Source of the DNA: a virus
Lineage: Duplodnaviria; Caudoviricetes
Length of the DNA: 55,419 nucleotides
IMG/VR virus record: IMGVR_UViG_3300010397_000014
Coordinates: 1 to 55,419 of that record
Strand: one strand, 5' to 3'
The notes under the pieces were generated by a model. The model had not been told where the DNA came from. It saw nothing but the letters and a program-made list of their open reading frames with translations, and did not search any database. The translations under genes and the position numbers were made by a program. Positions 25,644 through 35,785 of the stretch are shown here, in pieces (position 1 is the stretch's first letter; each line of letters opens with the position of its first letter).

Positions 25644-27730
25644 CAGCTGATCTTTCGCGCGTTGTTGTCGGCCACAAGGCCGGAAATCATTGCGTAGGCC
25701 GAGATCAGGACCAGCTCAATTACTTGCCCGACATTGGCTCCGCCGGCCAGTGCCGCATTGACGGTGTTCGCAATGTTGTTGGCCGTGCAGTAGGTTTCCA
25801 GGTTCTGCGCCGCCGTGGTCAGCGCCGTCGCATTGGCCCCGCCGACGTTGTTCAGCCCGGTCAGGCGGGTCGAGGCCTGCCCTATCGTTTGCGAAGCCCC
25901 CGAGATCGTCAGGCCAGTTCCGTCCACGATATGCGTCGTCGCCCCAATGACAAGATGCAGCGGAGGCGTACCCCCTCCATTCACCCCAAGCGTCGTCAGT
26001 TCCGCATTCGCCCCATTCATCCCCAGGGATGCATAGCCGTAGGCGCCGGCTTGGGACTGGGCGTTCGTCGCGATGAAATTCGCCGCGGTCGCCGCCCCAT
26101 CGGGAACCGCAAGGACCGACGTGTTGCCGTTTGCAGATGAAGTCTTGAAGCGGGTCCAGTTCCCCGCCGAGGCGCCGCCGCTCGCGTTGTTCAGCAGGAC
26201 ATTCAGGGTATTGCCAGAGAACAGCAGATCCTTGAGCAGCGTCTGCTTTGTCGCATCGAATGCGGCAACCTGCGTGCCGCCGATCGACACATTGATGGGA
26301 GGATTCGCCCCGCCATTGATCCCGTAGGTGGTCAATTCGGCGTTCGCGCCATTCATGCCCCAAGAGGCGTATCCATACGCGCCTGACAGAGTGGGCGTGT
26401 TGGTCGCAAGGAAGTTCGAGGCCGTCGCCGTCCCGTTGGGCACGACAACTACGGTGCTGTTTCCATTTGTCGTGTCGGACTGGAAGCGTGTCCAGGTACC
26501 GGCCGAACCACCCCCGCCGGCATTGTTGATCAGGATACCCCTGGTGCCGCCGGCCGTGTCGAATGTGGCAATGGTCGTCGTGCCGATCTTGACATCCAGC
26601 GGTGGCGGTGCCGGCACAGTTCCCAGGTTCAGCGTCGTCAGTTCCGCCCTGGCACCGTTCATGCCCAGGCTGGCATAGCTGAAATTGACCGGGCTCGAGT
26701 TGTTCGCCGCGATCAGCGCCGAGGCCGTTGCCGAGCCCTCCGGGATCGCCCCGACGTAGGTGGCGGTATTCGCCGTCTGCGACTGGAACAGTGTCCAATT
26801 TGGCACCGTGGCGCCGTTGCAGACGATCTTGATGCGCCGGCCGTTGCCGATAAAGTTTACATTCCCCTCGAAGTCCGACCCGTAGCGGCTGACCCTTGCC
26901 GTGGCGTCGGTGACAACATCAGGCGCGTCCGACCAAGTGACGGTCATGTCGCCCCAATCGATGCTCCACGGCACCAGGTTGTCCTCGAACACCGAAGCGA
27001 AAACCAGCCCCTGCTGGGTCATGTCCAGATAGGTGTTCGGGTCCAGCACATCCCCGGTATCGACCAGGATGTCATAGACCTTATCGCCTGCGGCCGAGAC
27101 CGCCGCGTTGTGCACCGACAGCACAAAGCGCACCGTTCTGCGGTCGCTGGCCACCAGCTTGGATTGGATCAGCAGGTCGTACTCGATGCCATCCAGGATC
27201 GTCCTGCTCTGCGGGCTCCAGGCGTTGGGCACCAGCATGCGCAAGGCACCCCCCGGATCCAGGCCCGTTGCCCGGGATTCAATCTGCATCGCCGGCCAGT
27301 GCGGGCAGCCCTCGGCAGCTCCCGACAGGTTCCCGCAGGCGATGCCATGAAAGCGCGGCTGTACCGCAATGACAGCGGTGTCAACCCGCAGGCCGACCAC
27401 GAAATGCGCGCTTGGGTTGGCCGCGAAATAGCTGTTGCAGGTGAACTTCCCTTTGAAGGTCATCATCCCGGAACGGGTGTTCCATGTGTTCGGGTTGGTC
27501 GCCGCGTACTCCCACCTGCGCGATACCGGCCCGCCCGAGGCCACCGGGAGCATGCTGAAGGATGGGACCAGCAGGCCGCTCACGGCCGGGTCAACGCCCG
27601 CACTGGCGGGCTCGGTGCCGGTCACCACCCGGCCGAGCGTGCCGAGGGCGCGCAGGAACTCCGGCGTGCCGGTACCGTCCTTGTTCACGATCGGCACCCG
27701 CGAGGGGAACAGCTGGAGATCAGTCGCCAT
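25643..27730 (-). CDS. tail needle/fibre-like protein with three internal repeats
   Basis: N-terminus FPSRVPIV..DG..TPEFLR right after the gp10-like gene; 3x WTxF...GMNGAxAELTT. Confidence 0.7.
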   Translation of the reverse strand: MATDLQLFPSRVPIVNKDGTGTPEFLRALGTLGRVVTGTEPASAGVDPAVSGLLVPSFSMLPVASGGPVSRRWEYAATNPNTWNTRSGMMTFKGKFTCNSYFAANPSAHFVVGLRVDTAVIAVQPRFHGIACGNLSGAAEGCPHWPAMQIESRATGLDPGGALRMLVPNAWSPQSRTILDGIEYDLLIQSKLVASDRRTVRFVLSVHNAAVSAAGDKVYDILVDTGDVLDPNTYLDMTQQGLVFASVFEDNLVPWSIDWGDMTVTWSDAPDVVTDATARVSRYGSDFEGNVNFIGNGRRIKIVCNGATVPNWTLFQSQTANTATYVGAIPEGSATASALIAANNSSPVNFSYASLGMNGARAELTTLNLGTVPAPPPLDVKIGTTTIATFDTAGGTRGILINNAGGGGSAGTWTRFQSDTTNGNSTVVVVPNGTATASNFLATNTPTLSGAYGYASWGMNGANAELTTYGINGGANPPINVSIGGTQVAAFDATKQTLLKDLLFSGNTLNVLLNNASGGASAGNWTRFKTSSANGNTSVLAVPDGAATAANFIATNAQSQAGAYGYASLGMNGANAELTTLGVNGGGTPPLHLVIGATTHIVDGTGLTISGASQTIGQASTRLTGLNNVGGANATALTTAAQNLETYCTANNIANTVNAALAGGANVGQVIELVLISAYAMISGLVADNNARKIS

Positions 27731-29133
27731 CAGGACAGCCCTGCTTCCACGTCAGCCACGGCACCGAACACGGCGAACTTGGCATCGGAAATCGTTGAAA
27801 TCTCCCAAGTCCGGTTGCGCCCGCTGCCGAGGTTCTTGAAGATCACGCGCGCATCTTGGGTCGAGCCCATGGAGGCGGTCTTGGCGCTGGACCAGCTGTG
27901 CCCGCCGTCGTTGGAGTAGCGCAGCGAAAGTGTTCCGCCGTTGCCGGTTTCCATATCCACCTGAAGCGACGGAAAAAACAGGCGCTTCTGCTCCTTTTCC
28001 ATGGTCTGCGTCGTGCGCAACCGCTTGATCGGGTTGCCTTGGTCCAGGTTGGAGCCCAGTTCCAGCTTGTAGAAGTTCCCGACCTGATAATCGCCGACGA
28101 GGTGGTCGAAGTTCCAGAACACATGACAGGCCGCGCGCCACATGTGATCGGTGCCAAATGTCGGCTCCCGCCAGGACCGCTCATGCCACTGGTCCGTGGT
28201 GGAATCGTAGACCCATGTCCTGTCGGCGGTCGGGAAGTTCAGCACGTAGAAGGCGTGCCCCTCCTGCTGATAAGTGAAGGCCCGCGCATCGGACACCGTG
28301 GTGTAACTTTGCAGCGCCTTTTCGACGCCATGAGTTGACACCCGAACCGGCGTGTAGCCCTGGGCCTTCCACACCACACCGCCGCCGCGGTCATCGGTGC
28401 CGAGCCAGAACATCGTGTTTTCCAGCTTGGCAACGGAATCAGCCGCAGCGCAGCCGTGCTCGATGAAGGTGTTTCCCGAGCGCTCGAACGGGAAACTCGC
28501 ATTCCCGGTGTTGACCCACAGTTCAACCGAGCTGTCCCCGAACAGCCAGAGTTCGCGGTGATCGGACAGGACATTGATAGTCTTGTCGGGGGATCCTTCC
28601 GCCGAGGCGAAGTCCAGGCCGTTCCAGGCCATGCCGTTGTACGGTGACTCGTTTTTGTAGAACTTCTGGGTGCCGTCACCGGTGACCAGAAACCAGCCAT
28701 CCTGAAAGGCCGCGCGGGTCACGCCGGTCGGGAAGTCCACATCGGCGATCACCGTCATGATGTTGGTCGCCGTGGTGACAATCCAGCCGGCGGTACCGTC
28801 CACGATCAGCACTTCCGGGCCGCTGGAGGCAATGCCGATGGGGCCGGTTGCCGTGCCGACATCGCCGCGCTTGGTGGCGACATAGCCGACGGTGAAAACG
28901 ACGCTGTAGACCTCGGAGCCGGAAACGACGTAGGTGGTCTGGCCCTCGCGCAGCATGGCGCGTATCGGCCCGCTGCCGATGGCCCCGAGGAAGGTCATCC
29001 CGGGCGTGCCGTACATGGCGATCACTGCGCGCGGCGAGTTGTTGTCCATCTCGGGGTAGCAGTTCAGCGAGCGCTGGGTGTCAGCGTTCAGCGAGCGCGC
29101 TGTGTACGACGGTCCGCAGAAAGGCACGCGCAT
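27730..29133 (-). CDS. packaged-DNA stabilisation / tail hub protein (P22 gp10-like)
   Basis: FASAEGSPD...ELWLFG...YQQEGHAFYVL...TWVYD...WHER. Confidence 0.88.
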   Translation of the reverse strand: MRVPFCGPSYTARSLNADTQRSLNCYPEMDNNSPRAVIAMYGTPGMTFLGAIGSGPIRAMLREGQTTYVVSGSEVYSVVFTVGYVATKRGDVGTATGPIGIASSGPEVLIVDGTAGWIVTTATNIMTVIADVDFPTGVTRAAFQDGWFLVTGDGTQKFYKNESPYNGMAWNGLDFASAEGSPDKTINVLSDHRELWLFGDSSVELWVNTGNASFPFERSGNTFIEHGCAAADSVAKLENTMFWLGTDDRGGGVVWKAQGYTPVRVSTHGVEKALQSYTTVSDARAFTYQQEGHAFYVLNFPTADRTWVYDSTTDQWHERSWREPTFGTDHMWRAACHVFWNFDHLVGDYQVGNFYKLELGSNLDQGNPIKRLRTTQTMEKEQKRLFFPSLQVDMETGNGGTLSLRYSNDGGHSWSSAKTASMGSTQDARVIFKNLGSGRNRTWEISTISDAKFAVFGAVADVEAGLS

Positions 29134-29134
29134 G

Positions 29135-29851
29135 TCAGAGGCCCGCGATGAAAGCCGCTTTCGGGCTCATGCTGCCGCCGGCACTGAGCGACTGGTCCAG
29201 CGGCTGGACGTTGACGCGCTTGATGGCCCGGCGCGCCGCGGCGGCGATGCGGATGACGCTGGCGGGAAGATCGCGCTTGCCAGCGGCCAATTCCTCGGCC
29301 AGGCTGTATTGCAGCGCCTTGCGGTAGCCCGGCGCCAGGTTGTACGAGGTCGTTCCGAAGTCCGCGAACTGCGTCAGCTGGGTCTGCACCTGAAGATGCA
29401 ATTCAACCGGTGTGCTCGGGTACGGCCACAGGTACAGTGAGCCCACCGGCACCGCCTGCTGGTAGTAGCCGGAATAGGACAGCACTCCAGGAACGCCCTT
29501 CACGGCGAGCGCGTTGTAGGCGTCCTGGGAAATCCAATGGATGGGGTAGTCCACTCCGTTGGAGCGGATGAACGAGCCGTCCTCCAGCTGGATCGGGCGC
29601 ACGATGCTGATGGTGGCACCGGGGCCAATGGTGATCGGCAGGCCGGAGACCGTCTGCACCACTTCGCCGACATTGACGATATACAGCCGCTGGGTGTTCC
29701 AGTGGTCCAGCATGTCGTTCAGAACGGCCAGGAAAGCTGTCTGCTCCCCTGCGCTCAGCGTTTCGGTCGCATCCTTGTACCCGAACAGGTCGCAGGCACG
29801 ATTGATGATGTCGCTGGCCTTGGTGGTCGGCGCAGTGAGGATGACGGGCAT
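29135..29851 (-). CDS. head-tail adaptor (P22 gp4-like)
   Basis: ASDIINRA...LNDMLDHW...PGYRKALQYSLAEELA. Confidence 0.8.
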   Translation of the reverse strand: MPVILTAPTTKASDIINRACDLFGYKDATETLSAGEQTAFLAVLNDMLDHWNTQRLYIVNVGEVVQTVSGLPITIGPGATISIVRPIQLEDGSFIRSNGVDYPIHWISQDAYNALAVKGVPGVLSYSGYYQQAVPVGSLYLWPYPSTPVELHLQVQTQLTQFADFGTTSYNLAPGYRKALQYSLAEELAAGKRDLPASVIRIAAAARRAIKRVNVQPLDQSLSAGGSMSPKAAFIAGL

Positions 29852-29861
29852 GGATTCAGCC

Positions 29862-30347
29862 TCAGGTCGTGGCGATTCCGTTGGCAACCAGGGCGGCGCG
29901 CATGGCGATCACCTGGTTGAGCAGCGCCGTCATGTCGGCATCGCTGGACAAACCGTGCGTGCCGGCGGCGAAGGTATTCAGCGCGGCGCCCACTGTCGCC
30001 TTGGTCTGCGCGGCCGCGCCGTTTGCGCCGAACGCCCCGGAGGCCGCCAGCGTGGTGAAGGCGCCGCTTGCCGGCGTCACGGCGCCGATGGTCGCGCCGT
30101 TGATCGTCCCCCCGGTAATTGCCGCCGTCAGTTCGGCGAACGGGATCACGGCCCCGGTGACCTGATCCAGCACGCCAAGCACGCCGTTTGCATCGCGCAC
30201 AAGCATCAGCGGGATCATGCCCACGGTGTCCGTCACAGCCGCCACCGCGCGGCCCTGTGCGATCAGGGCGGCCTCGGTATCGTCTGGCAAAGTGACGGTC
30301 GCGCCTGAGGCAAAACCGGCGTACGGGCGGCTGAGGGTGACGGACAT
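29862..30347 (-). CDS. putative capsid decoration/head fibre protein
   Basis: N-terminus paralogous to 30694-31386; ITGGTINGATIG fibre motif. Confidence 0.65.
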   Translation of the reverse strand: MSVTLSRPYAGFASGATVTLPDDTEAALIAQGRAVAAVTDTVGMIPLMLVRDANGVLGVLDQVTGAVIPFAELTAAITGGTINGATIGAVTPASGAFTTLAASGAFGANGAAAQTKATVGAALNTFAAGTHGLSSDADMTALLNQVIAMRAALVANGIATT

Positions 30348-30362
30348 GGCGCTCTCCTTGGG

Positions 30363-30632
30363 TTACTTAGGCAGCAGGGCCTTGAGCTTTTCCAGCCCGA
30401 GGCGCTTGTCGTAGGCGATGCCGGCAGCGTCCAGAGCAGTGCGCAGCGTCTCGACGGTGTGCTGTTCTTCCGGCGATTGGTCGGGCAGCGGTGCCAGGCC
30501 GGTAGCCATCGAGCCATCGGCATAGGTTTTCGTTTCGGAGGCACGGGCGGCGTGCTCTTCCGCGTCCTTGACGATGAAGCCTTTCGCCACATCGCCATCC
30601 GGGTAAATCCACTTCGGATATTCCTGCTTCAT
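30363..30632 (-). CDS. small head-region protein with HeH/Rho-N-like C-terminus
   Basis: EYPKWIY...LRTALDAAGIAYDKRLGLEKLKAL. Confidence 0.7.
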   Translation of the reverse strand: MKQEYPKWIYPDGDVAKGFIVKDAEEHAARASETKTYADGSMATGLAPLPDQSPEEQHTVETLRTALDAAGIAYDKRLGLEKLKALLPK

Positions 30633-30649
30633 TCTTCAATCTCCCAAAA

Positions 30650-30680
30650 GAAAAGGAGCCCCCGTGAAGAGGCCCCTTTC
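30650..30680 (-). terminator. probable terminator after the capsid genes
   Basis: Minus strand AAAGGGGCCTC-TTCAC-GGGGGCTCCTTTT. Confidence 0.55.
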
Positions 30681-30693
30681 CATGCTCACATCG

Positions 30694-31386
30694 TCAGATG
30701 TACAGGTAGCCGATGGGCCCGGCCACATCCACAAACGCCGTTGGCACCGTCACCGTTGCCGGGATAGTCCCGAAAGCTCCCGTGCTCGAGCGGGTCAACA
30801 CGTTGGGCGAGTCCGCGGCCTTCATCTTGCGGGTCTTGTCCGTGGTGCCGTTCATCTGGTTGCCGATGAAGTACCGCCCCGGCGCCAGCGTCACAGGCGA
30901 CGTGAAGGCGAGTTGCTGGAACGAGTCGGCCCCGGACGTGGTAACACCAGCCACTGCCGAATTGGCCACAAGGGCACCATTCGTGTCGTACAGCGCGACC
31001 AGATGCTTGTTGGTCCCCACCGTTGACCCGTTCAGCACCCCGATGCCCGTGAAGGTGCCCCGGGCCGGAACACGAACCTCGCTCAGGTACAACGTGCCGG
31101 CCACGCAGACACCATCGGTGCCCGCCGAAGCGAACGCCGTCAGTGGAATGGTCGGGATGATGCTGGGCCCGTTCGGGGTCGTGGTCGTGGTCTGCCCTGC
31201 GTTCGGCATCAGCGCTTCGTTGCCGAATTGAGTCATCAGGCTCAGTGAGTTGGCGGGTGCCGTGGAGCTGGTCGGGCCGGCCGAAGCCAGCCCTTGCGCG
31301 ATCAGCGCCGTTTCCGTGGAATCCGGCAGCGTGACGACGGCACCGGATGCGAATGCGCCATAGGCGCGTTTGAGGGTAACGGTCAT
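30694..31386 (-). CDS. putative capsid decoration protein
   Basis: Directly after the coat gene; beta-rich. Confidence 0.7.
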   Translation of the reverse strand: MTVTLKRAYGAFASGAVVTLPDSTETALIAQGLASAGPTSSTAPANSLSLMTQFGNEALMPNAGQTTTTTPNGPSIIPTIPLTAFASAGTDGVCVAGTLYLSEVRVPARGTFTGIGVLNGSTVGTNKHLVALYDTNGALVANSAVAGVTTSGADSFQQLAFTSPVTLAPGRYFIGNQMNGTTDKTRKMKAADSPNVLTRSSTGAFGTIPATVTVPTAFVDVAGPIGYLYI

Positions 31387-31397
31387 GGTCGTTCCCC

Positions 31398-32618
31398 TTA
31401 CACCACGATCAGCTTGGTGGACAGTTCCGGGTACGGAGCGCACCAGCCGAACAGCACGTCCAGACGCATGATGCTGGCGTCGTTGGTGCCGTCGTAGAAC
31501 TCCGTGACCTTCACACGGAAGCCCTTGTGCTCTTCCTGCGCGACATCGATCACGCCCTTACCGCCCGGGGGCGCCCACATCGGCACCATCGCCAGCGTGA
31601 AGGCATCCTCATGAAAGCCGACGTTACAGGCGTAGGCGGTCGAGGCGGTGCCCTTGATGGCGATCGTGGCGTTGTCGGCTGGCAGCGCCGTCACGTTCTG
31701 GAACGCGCCGGTAGCCACCATCGTCGGGCTGATCTTCAGGGTGGCAACGCCGCCCGCGAAGTCTTCCGTCACAACGAAGTCCATCAGCACGCCGGTCGAG
31801 ACACGGCTTTGCGGGTTCACCGCGAAGACGCCGCCGATGTTGATGACGGATCCGCGCGGGATGGTGCCAGTCACGACAGCTGCGTCCACCGTCAGGTTCG
31901 GGCCGGTCTGGTTCGCCCCGTCCACGGAGTTGACCGTTGCCGCCACGGCCTGGGTGCCGTTGGTGTGCGTGTCAACGTTCTGGTCCATCGCGTAGGCCAG
32001 GCCCAGCGAATCGACCATCATCCCGGAGTCGTACTGCTTGCCGATCTTGGCCGCGTTGTTGAACAGGCCGCCGAAACCCTGGATCAGCGCACCGTTCATG
32101 GCTGGGTTCATGATCAGGCAGCGGTTGCGGTCGCGCGGGGCGGCCATCTCGTCCAAGCGCTGGTTCACGCCGGCAATCGCGGCGAACGCGAGCGCTTGCG
32201 TGTTCGGGTTGGCCGTTGTGATCGTGTTGTAGGTCGCGTAGTGCGCCATCGCCAGCCCTTGCCGGTCGATTTCGTTGGCAACCGGGGCCATCGCCGCGGC
32301 GATCTTCTTTTCCAGCTTGTTCACCGACAGCGTGCGCTCGGCCGAGGTGAAACTGATGTCGCAGCCGCCCTGGGAGAGCGTCAGCGGCACAGTGCCTTCA
32401 GTGGTCGATTGCGGCACCGCAACCCGGCCAGCACGGTACGTGTAGCGCGGGGGTTTCTTGATGTTGATGGTCTGCCCCGGCGTGTAGCCCGCGGACATGG
32501 CGTTGGTGAATTCCGCCTCCCAGTCCCGGTTCACGTTCTGGGAGAACCCCAGCATGTTTTCGAGCACCGCCAGAGATTCCTTGGCGACGATCGAACAGGT
32601 GGCAAAAGTATTGCTCAT
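31398..32618 (-). CDS. major capsid protein (P22 coat family)
   Basis: GQTINIKKP...LGLAYAMDQN...MRLDVLFGW. Confidence 0.92.
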   Translation of the reverse strand: MSNTFATCSIVAKESLAVLENMLGFSQNVNRDWEAEFTNAMSAGYTPGQTINIKKPPRYTYRAGRVAVPQSTTEGTVPLTLSQGGCDISFTSAERTLSVNKLEKKIAAAMAPVANEIDRQGLAMAHYATYNTITTANPNTQALAFAAIAGVNQRLDEMAAPRDRNRCLIMNPAMNGALIQGFGGLFNNAAKIGKQYDSGMMVDSLGLAYAMDQNVDTHTNGTQAVAATVNSVDGANQTGPNLTVDAAVVTGTIPRGSVINIGGVFAVNPQSRVSTGVLMDFVVTEDFAGGVATLKISPTMVATGAFQNVTALPADNATIAIKGTASTAYACNVGFHEDAFTLAMVPMWAPPGGKGVIDVAQEEHKGFRVKVTEFYDGTNDASIMRLDVLFGWCAPYPELSTKLIVV

Positions 32619-32637
32619 TGCGATCTTTCAAAAGTGG

Positions 32638-33444
32638 CTATCGAGCCCAGCGCGCCCCCTGCTTTTTCCGCTCGGCGATGTAGGTGTCCATGTCGGCGGT
32701 CTGCAAGGAATGCACGGGCGTTTTCCCGCTGCCAATCGGGGTGATCGGGTCGGGGGCTTTGGAGGTCTTCACCGGGGGAGTGGCGGCAATCTTTGCCTCC
32801 AGCTTTCCCAGTTCGGCGGCTTGCCGGCCGGCGCTCAAGCCTGCGATGCGAGCAACTTCATCGGGGTGGCCGGCCATGTACGCCATCAGCTGGGGCGCCT
32901 GGTCGGATTCAACCAAGGCCTCCACGATGGGTTTGGTCAGCGGCAGTTCGTCAAAGGCTTCGCGGTCGAACCCTGGCAGCTTTGCCGCTTTCGCGTAAAT
33001 CTGGTCCGTGGTCTGGGCGAGCCTGTCGCTCTGCTCCTTCTGCCGTTGCTGGGCGGATGCTTGCTCGCGCTGGGCCAACTTCCAGTCCACCTTGGCGTCC
33101 AGGTATTCCTCGTCGCTCGCGTATTGATCGCGGCGCGGCGCGGCGTTTGCTGGCGGCTCGGTCGGGGCTGCTCTCTGGCCTTGCGGTTGCGGAATTACCC
33201 GCTCCAAGGTTCGCAGGACACGGCGCTCTGCCTTGGCTTCCGCCTTGGCAACTCGCTTCTGCACGATGTCATCCAGCTCGGCTTGAGTGAACGTCTTTTC
33301 GGCAGCCTGGCCTTGCTGTTCGCCACCTTCAGCGGAGCCAGTGCCCGCCTCGGTCGTCGCTGCATTGGTCTGCGCAGCTACAGTGGTTGTCGCTTCGGTG
33401 GCTACACCGGCCGCGGCTTGGCCTGCCTCTGTTTCGAGAGTCAT
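32638..33444 (-). CDS. scaffolding protein
   Basis: KTFTQAELD..V.KR; coiled coil; KAPDPITPI; between portal and coat. Confidence 0.85.
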   Translation of the reverse strand: MTLETEAGQAAAGVATEATTTVAAQTNAATTEAGTGSAEGGEQQGQAAEKTFTQAELDDIVQKRVAKAEAKAERRVLRTLERVIPQPQGQRAAPTEPPANAAPRRDQYASDEEYLDAKVDWKLAQREQASAQQRQKEQSDRLAQTTDQIYAKAAKLPGFDREAFDELPLTKPIVEALVESDQAPQLMAYMAGHPDEVARIAGLSAGRQAAELGKLEAKIAATPPVKTSKAPDPITPIGSGKTPVHSLQTADMDTYIAERKKQGARWAR

Positions 33445-33472
33445 TTGGATTTCCTTCTGGAAAGGATTGGCG

Positions 33473-35785
33473 TTAGCCAAGACCCGGATGCGCTCCGGTA
33501 GCGGCCATTGCTGGCGGGAACTGCGCCGCGCCCTCATCGGGCAACAAAAAACCCGCCGAAGCGGGTTCTTGTGGTTCTGCGAATTGATCGGGAGGCGGTC
33601 CAGGCGGCTGCGCTCCGCCATCCATCGGCGGTGGCTGAGGCCCTTGCGGTGCCTGCAACTGCGGCATCCCGCCGTCGTCCAAATCCGGCCCTTGTTCGCC
33701 TTGCATCGGGTCGGGCCGCTCCATCGCCTCGGCAATGGTCTGCTGCACCAGCTGCATGACCATGTCTGGAGTCATGGCGCCACCAAGAGCCGTAATGCGG
33801 TCGGTTTCGGCCGCGTACGCCTTCACCAGCACCTCGTTGAACTTCATCGTCTGGTCGCCCTTGAGCTTCGCCAGCTCGCCCGAGGCCCCGTCCAGCGCTT
33901 GCCCGAGTTGCAAAATCTGCTGGTGCATCTGGTCCATCATCGCCTTGGCCTGCGGCGGGATTGGCTGCTGGCCGTTATCGTCCATGAGCTTCGGATCGAT
34001 GGTCTTCCTGAAGCGCTCGGCCAGCTCTTCGGAGAACGGGAAGTCGTAGGTACGCATCACGATGTCCCCGGCAATCTGCATCATCGCCGGGTTGCGTGTC
34101 GCCAGTTCCGTCATCGCCGCGGAGGCTTCCTGCCTTTGCGTCTGGTAGCTCGGGCCGGTGTCGATCACGACGTTGAAGCTGCCGATATTCGGGTTGAATA
34201 TCTTTTCGACATCCGCCCCGGTAATCTCGCCGTAGCTGTTCTCATGATCCGGGTCGAGCGTGGCCTGCTCTTCCTTGCCGTCCACCCCTAGAATCTGCAC
34301 GACACGGCGCGTGTCATAGACCTTGGGAATCAGGTTGATCAGCACGACAACTTCATCATGCAGCCCGCGCGCCAGGTTGTCGGGGAAATGGAACGTCGCC
34401 GTTTCGCCCTGGACCTTCAGGCGCTGAATGCCGACGCCTGAAGCGGCTTCGCTCCTGATGCCGAAATTGGCGTTCTGCTGGCCGCTGGCCGCGCGCATCT
34501 GCTCCACCGCCAGTTGCAGCATGGACAGTTGTGCCTGCGGCATGACGGCGGGCTGCTGGCGTTCTGGCCTTGGGATCGCGTTGCCGTTGTCGTCGAACGC
34601 ATTGAAGTTCAGGACGCTGGCCGTGCTCTGGTTCGCGTTCTTCCACTGGTCCTCGTAACCCTCGATCGCCTCGGCCGCCGCGATATAGGGAATCTTGTTC
34701 TGCAACGCTACAGTTTCGATAGCGCCCGAGAACGAGTAATTGACGATGCGCGCCGGGTCTTTCAAGTCGCGCACAACACCCTTGCGCACGATCTCGCCGT
34801 TGACATTCAGCTCTTTGCCGATGACCGCGATGATCGGCAGGTAGTCACCGGCCCAGTCCTTCTCATCGACCGGTTTGTCGTGCCCGCCGATCAGCTTGCA
34901 GTATTTCCACTTCGGCGTTGATGTGGCGCGGCTGGTCTTGCCGCCCTGCGCGTCTTGCAGTTGCCGGGCCAGCGCCTTGACCGTGGCAACGGCCTTGTCG
35001 CCGCCTTGGGCCTTGGCTTCGCTTTCCAGCACCGTCGTGCCGTCGGGCAGCAGGTACAGCGTGTCGGGCTCGTTGACGCAGTAGTAGTAGTCGGCGATGC
35101 GAACGGTGGTGTCAGTGACCCAGCCGCCCTTGGTATCGGCATTCCAGCTCGCCGGCTCAACGTCGTACTGGCGCCGGCATTCCTCCTTGGTTATATCCTC
35201 AAAGACAAACCCCCATTGGCGCTTGAGCGGGTCGCCATCGGGTGGGAATGGGTCAACATAGACCAGCTGCGGGTTGGCGATCGGGCGGATGACCGCCTTT
35301 TGGCTGAAACTCTTGGGGCTTTCGTACTCGGTGCAGATGCGCCAGTAGCCCTCGCCGCCGTAAATGGCGTGTTCGGCCGCAGTGTCGTGCGCCACATCGG
35401 CGTTGCTGGCGGACTGGATTTTGCGCACCATCCCGCCCAGAATCTCGGCGGTCTTCTTGCTGGCCTCCGCATCCCCGGGAGATACCTTGCACTGCGGTCG
35501 GTTCTGCCGGATGGCATTGATGATCTGGTTGCAGTGCTGGGCGGTGACGTTGACCGTCAGACAGGGACGCTGATCGTTGTTCGCCTTGCGGGCAGCGATG
35601 ATCTCGGCGGGCCACTGCCACTTGTTGTCCGAGTCACCCATGACGAACTTGGTGTCTTCGACCGCCTTGGTCCGGTTGGCGCTGTAGGCAGTCTTGGCGC
35701 GCTCGAAACGTACCTTCGCTTCGCTCACGACCGTATCGGCCCCGCCGTCGCGCTTGCTGCCTAGCTTGTCGGGTTCGTCTGCCAT
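33473..35785 (-). CDS. portal protein (P22-like)
   Basis: QW...RPCLTVN; GVVRDLKDPARIVNY; SGVGIQR; GPSYQTQRQEA. Confidence 0.93.
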   Translation of the reverse strand: MADEPDKLGSKRDGGADTVVSEAKVRFERAKTAYSANRTKAVEDTKFVMGDSDNKWQWPAEIIAARKANNDQRPCLTVNVTAQHCNQIINAIRQNRPQCKVSPGDAEASKKTAEILGGMVRKIQSASNADVAHDTAAEHAIYGGEGYWRICTEYESPKSFSQKAVIRPIANPQLVYVDPFPPDGDPLKRQWGFVFEDITKEECRRQYDVEPASWNADTKGGWVTDTTVRIADYYYCVNEPDTLYLLPDGTTVLESEAKAQGGDKAVATVKALARQLQDAQGGKTSRATSTPKWKYCKLIGGHDKPVDEKDWAGDYLPIIAVIGKELNVNGEIVRKGVVRDLKDPARIVNYSFSGAIETVALQNKIPYIAAAEAIEGYEDQWKNANQSTASVLNFNAFDDNGNAIPRPERQQPAVMPQAQLSMLQLAVEQMRAASGQQNANFGIRSEAASGVGIQRLKVQGETATFHFPDNLARGLHDEVVVLINLIPKVYDTRRVVQILGVDGKEEQATLDPDHENSYGEITGADVEKIFNPNIGSFNVVIDTGPSYQTQRQEASAAMTELATRNPAMMQIAGDIVMRTYDFPFSEELAERFRKTIDPKLMDDNGQQPIPPQAKAMMDQMHQQILQLGQALDGASGELAKLKGDQTMKFNEVLVKAYAAETDRITALGGAMTPDMVMQLVQQTIAEAMERPDPMQGEQGPDLDDGGMPQLQAPQGPQPPPMDGGAQPPGPPPDQFAEPQEPASAGFLLPDEGAAQFPPAMAATGAHPGLG
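33546..33570 (-). terminator. intrinsic terminator embedded in the 3' end of the portal gene
   Basis: Minus strand AACCCGC-TTCG-GCGGGTT-TTTT. Confidence 0.7.

Noticed and set aside
15668-27730. Diversity-generating retroelement acting on tail genes
   Set aside because: No reverse transcriptase ORF and no TR/VR pair differing at adenines was seen
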